DNA of 64,000 nt from the human T2T-CHM13v2.0 reference genome, Homo sapiens, in assembly GCF_009914755.1 (NCBI RefSeq), contig NC_060926.1; one strand, written 5' to 3'. The notes beneath the pieces are model-generated. The model was not told the DNA's origin. It saw nothing but the letters and a program-made list of their open reading frames with translations, and ran no database searches. How positions within the stretch are numbered: the stretch's first letter is position 1; every line of letters starts with the position of its first letter. Position numbers and translations under genes: made by a program. Shown here piece by piece: positions 60,911 through 64,000 of this stretch.

Positions 60911-62977
60911 ATGGGTGAAAAAGAGGTTACCTGGGGAAATTTGTAGGGAAGACCAGAAGGAACACTGGCTTTCATATAATAAGAAAAGATTACAAGAAAC
61001 CCACCATCTCCTCTTGCCTCAGGAAAACCACACTCTTCAGGATTTCTTTTCCTATCAACTTCCCATTTGTGAGCCTCCAAACCAATCCTAAAGTTAGCAA
61101 TTTTCATTGCCAAGGAAAATAAAATGTGTTCCTTTTGATAGAAACGTAATTTAATAAAAACAGTGCCATTAATTTTACAACCTAGAAAGTCCCCTCAAAA
61201 TTTCTATGTAAATCTGTTGAAAATTTTCTTGTACTTTATTCACTTTTTCTCAGATATCCATATATAAGATAAATGATTCTTTGGATTTTTGTTTGGTTTG
61301 ATGTGTATTTTTTTCTGTAACCTTTCTGGACTTTGTTTTTTTCTCTTGCATTGTTATTTTGTCTCAATAATTTCTAAAACTTCCTGCTTTATTTTTTTTG
61401 ACCATGACAATGATGTTATTACAGACTTTTGTTCCTTTTAGTTAGTCACTATAGGCTAGCTTGGAAATGTATCATATGTAGTAAATTCTGTAAGAAACCT
61501 GTTCCAAAAATGTGCTTTTGGAACACATATAAACTGTATTTGGTGGCTGCTGGTATCTGGAACTACCAACAAAGACTATTTCTAAATAACATAATGTTAT
61601 TGTCCACAACCACAATCTAATAGGGTTTACTACACGTGGTTTTTTTTAAAAAACGAAATATTAGTTTTGAAGAAAAGCAGCTTAATTTCATAGGAATATA
61701 ATGCCTCATTAGGAAAACATGTTTGGACAGAAGTGGCTGAGAAATACAAGCATATGATTTAACAGAGGATGTTAAGGTTGGAAAGAAAACTCTACCTGCA
61801 TTTTCCCATATGTGAAAACAGAATGGCCAGTCTGGGGAACAGACCTCAGAGACCAACAGGGGTTCCTACTCTTATGGCCCCCACTAAATCCTTATGATGC
61901 TGCCCTCAAATCATTCTATTAAAAATACTAAATTCTTACTTATTAATTCTCAGGGGAGCTCCTGGGCCTGTGTTAAAGAATAAAGGGGACTTATGCCTAG
62001 TAAAGAACATTAAGCTCACTTTTTATCCTTTCATTTTCAAGTTCTTGGGCAAGAAGCCAAAGCGCTAATATGAGTGTTCAAAAGAGAGGTTCAGGGTGGG
62101 GGGTGGGAGATGGGATTGAGGGGGCATGGATTTTTCACAGTAAGAACTTGGCCTTGCAGAAGTCAACTCTTCTCATAATTTAGCCATTCTCTTTCTGTGA
62201 GCTAAATTACCTTTATCTACCTCAATACCAATATTTTCTGTGCTGTCTTTGGACTCATGCATATGAACTGGCCCGTGGTATGCTCTCCTTTCTGATTGAG
62301 AAATAAACCTAACGCCATGCCATGTGCAGATTTTACATAGAATCCTTTATATTAATTTACTTGCACTCTCTCAATGCAGAACCACAAGCCACTCACTCTT
62401 TTCTGCCGACTATGATGTGAACTGGCTAACGTCTTTGGATGGCTGTGTCTCTGAAGATGACAGTGCTATGAACAGGGCTAGGTGCTGCTACCTCCTTGAC
62501 TTTCAGGTTTGGGGATGGAGGGGCATCCTCAATATCCCGGTTTTATTCTACAGCAGCTGTGCAGAAAAGCACAAGCCTTCTATCCTGGAAGAGGTTCACA
62601 ATAGAGTTCTGCCCTAGACAAGTAAAAGAAGCATCATTTTCTGCGCTACTCTACAGTGACAAAACTCTTATTTTCAACATATTTTATTTACTCTTATTTT
62701 AGGGACCTTCTCAAATTTTATGGGTGATATTTTATTCCTCCAATATGTTCTTGACATGTATCTGACAATTTCAGGCAGTTAAGTACCATATTTCTATTTA
62801 GTCAGCTAGTAACTACATTGCTTTACCAAAAGAACCTCACCAAAATATATCTTCCTTTTCCATCCTATCAGTCTCCTCTTTTCTTCTCTTGAATTTTCTT
62901 TTCTCTTGTTTTATCTCTCACTCATGTGTGTGTGTGTGTGTCTAGAAAAACAATCTGCCAGAAGCTTTAAGCAATCG

Positions 62978-63091
62978 GGTTTATTGAGGCATGATTTACA
63001 AACAATAAAATCATCCTTTCTGAATTATGCAGATGGTTGTGTTTTGAGAAACACGTACAGTCATATAATAATCAAGATATAGAATATTTAG
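62978..63091 (-). mobile_element. L1MB/L1ME 3' terminus, the target of the young L1 at 63092
   Basis: TTTATTGAGGCATGATTTACA...AATCAAGATATAGAATATTT matches the antisense end of old L1M elements. Confidence 0.7.
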
Positions 63092-64000
63092 AAGATGGCC
63101 GAATAGGAACAGCTGCGGTCTACATCTCCCAGCGTGAGCAACACAGAAGACGGGTGATTTCTGCATTTCCATCTGAGGTACCGGGTTCGTCTCACTAGGG
63201 AGTGCCAGACAGTGGGTGCAGGTCAGTGGGTGCGCGCACGGTGTGCGAGCTGAAGCAGGGCCAGGCATTGCCTCACTCAGGAAGCGCAAGGGGTCAGGGA
63301 GTTCCCTTTCCTAGTCAAAGAAAGGGGTGACAGACGGCACCTGGAAAATTGGGTCACTCCCACCCGAATACTGCACTTTTCCGACAGGCTTAAAAAACGG
63401 CGCACCAGGAGATTATATCCCGCACCTGGCTCGGAGGGTCCTACGCCCACGGAGTCTCGCTGATTGCTAGCACAGCAGTCTGAGATCAAACTGCAAGGCG
63501 GCAGCCAGGCTGGGGGAGGGGCGCCCGCCATTGCCCAGGCTAGCTTAGGTAAACAAAGCAGCTGGGAAGCTCAAATTGGGTGGAGCCCACCACAGCTCAA
63601 GGAGGCCTGCCTGCCTCTGTAGGCTCCACCTCTGGGGACAGGGCACAGACAAACACAAAGACAGCAGTAGTAACCTCTGCAGACTTAAATGTGCCTGTCT
63701 GACAGCTTTGAAGAGAGCAGTGGTTCTCCCAGCACGCAGCTGGAGATCTGAGAATGGGCAGACTGCCTCCTCAAGTGGGTCCCTGACCCCTGACCCCGAG
63801 CAGCCTAACTGGGAGGCACCCCCCAGCAGGGGCAGACTGACACCTCACACGGCCGGGTACTCCAACAGACCTGCAGCTGAGGGTCCTGTCTGTTAGAAGG
63901 AAAACTAACAAACAGAAAGGACATCCACACCAAAAACCCATCTGTACATCACCATCATCAAAGACCAAAAGTAGATAAAACCACAAAGATGGGGAAAAAA
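63092..64000 (+). mobile_element. LINE-1 (L1PA3-type) 5'UTR and ORF1 start (ATG at 63989); continues beyond the right edge
   Basis: Starts AAGATGGCCGAATAGG; older diagnostics GGCAGACTGAC and GGCCGGGTACTCC; likely left TSD within AAGATATAGAATATTTAG (63074-63091). Confidence 0.97.
63277..63531 (-). CDS. ORF0: L1 antisense ORF0, open 84-aa variant (expression unproven)
   Basis: MAGAPPPAWLPPCSLISDCCASNQRDSVGVGPSEPGAGYNLLVRRFLS; Kozak context GGGCAATGG. Confidence 0.7.
   Translation of the reverse strand: MAGAPPPAWLPPCSLISDCCASNQRDSVGVGPSEPGAGYNLLVRRFLSLSEKCSIRVGVTQFSRCRLSPLSLTRKGNSLTPCAS

Overview
This is primate nuclear DNA, almost certainly human because it carries a near-consensus AluYa5 at 7519. 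It is AT-rich, repeat-dense and intergenic or deep-intronic. I recognise no host protein-coding gene, RNA gene or CRISPR-like array; nearly all ORF-track entries are L1/Alu reading frames or chance ORFs. Three young L1PA2/L1PA3-type LINE-1s dominate: the 5' end of a minus-strand copy (1-1731), a full-length but inactivated plus-strand copy with 15-bp TSDs (33934-39962), and the 5'UTR of a plus-strand copy (63092-end). Older L1M, L2, MIR, MLT, MER and about a dozen Alu elements fill much of the rest. The most notable observations are: (1) the three L1 5'UTRs share non-consensus variants in mutually incompatible pairs, suggesting gene conversion/recombination or shared source elements; (2) a chimeric L1 3' insertion holds 225 bp of non-L1 DNA between two diverged 41-bp copies; (3) a small templated inverted insertion lies at 24160-24228; (4) two open ORF0s and three L1 antisense promoters point into the window, with candidate exons downstream; (5) the AluYa5 is a candidate polymorphic insertion. 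I found no convincing new biological system. Subfamily calls come from remembered consensus diagnostics, and boundaries of old repeats are approximate.
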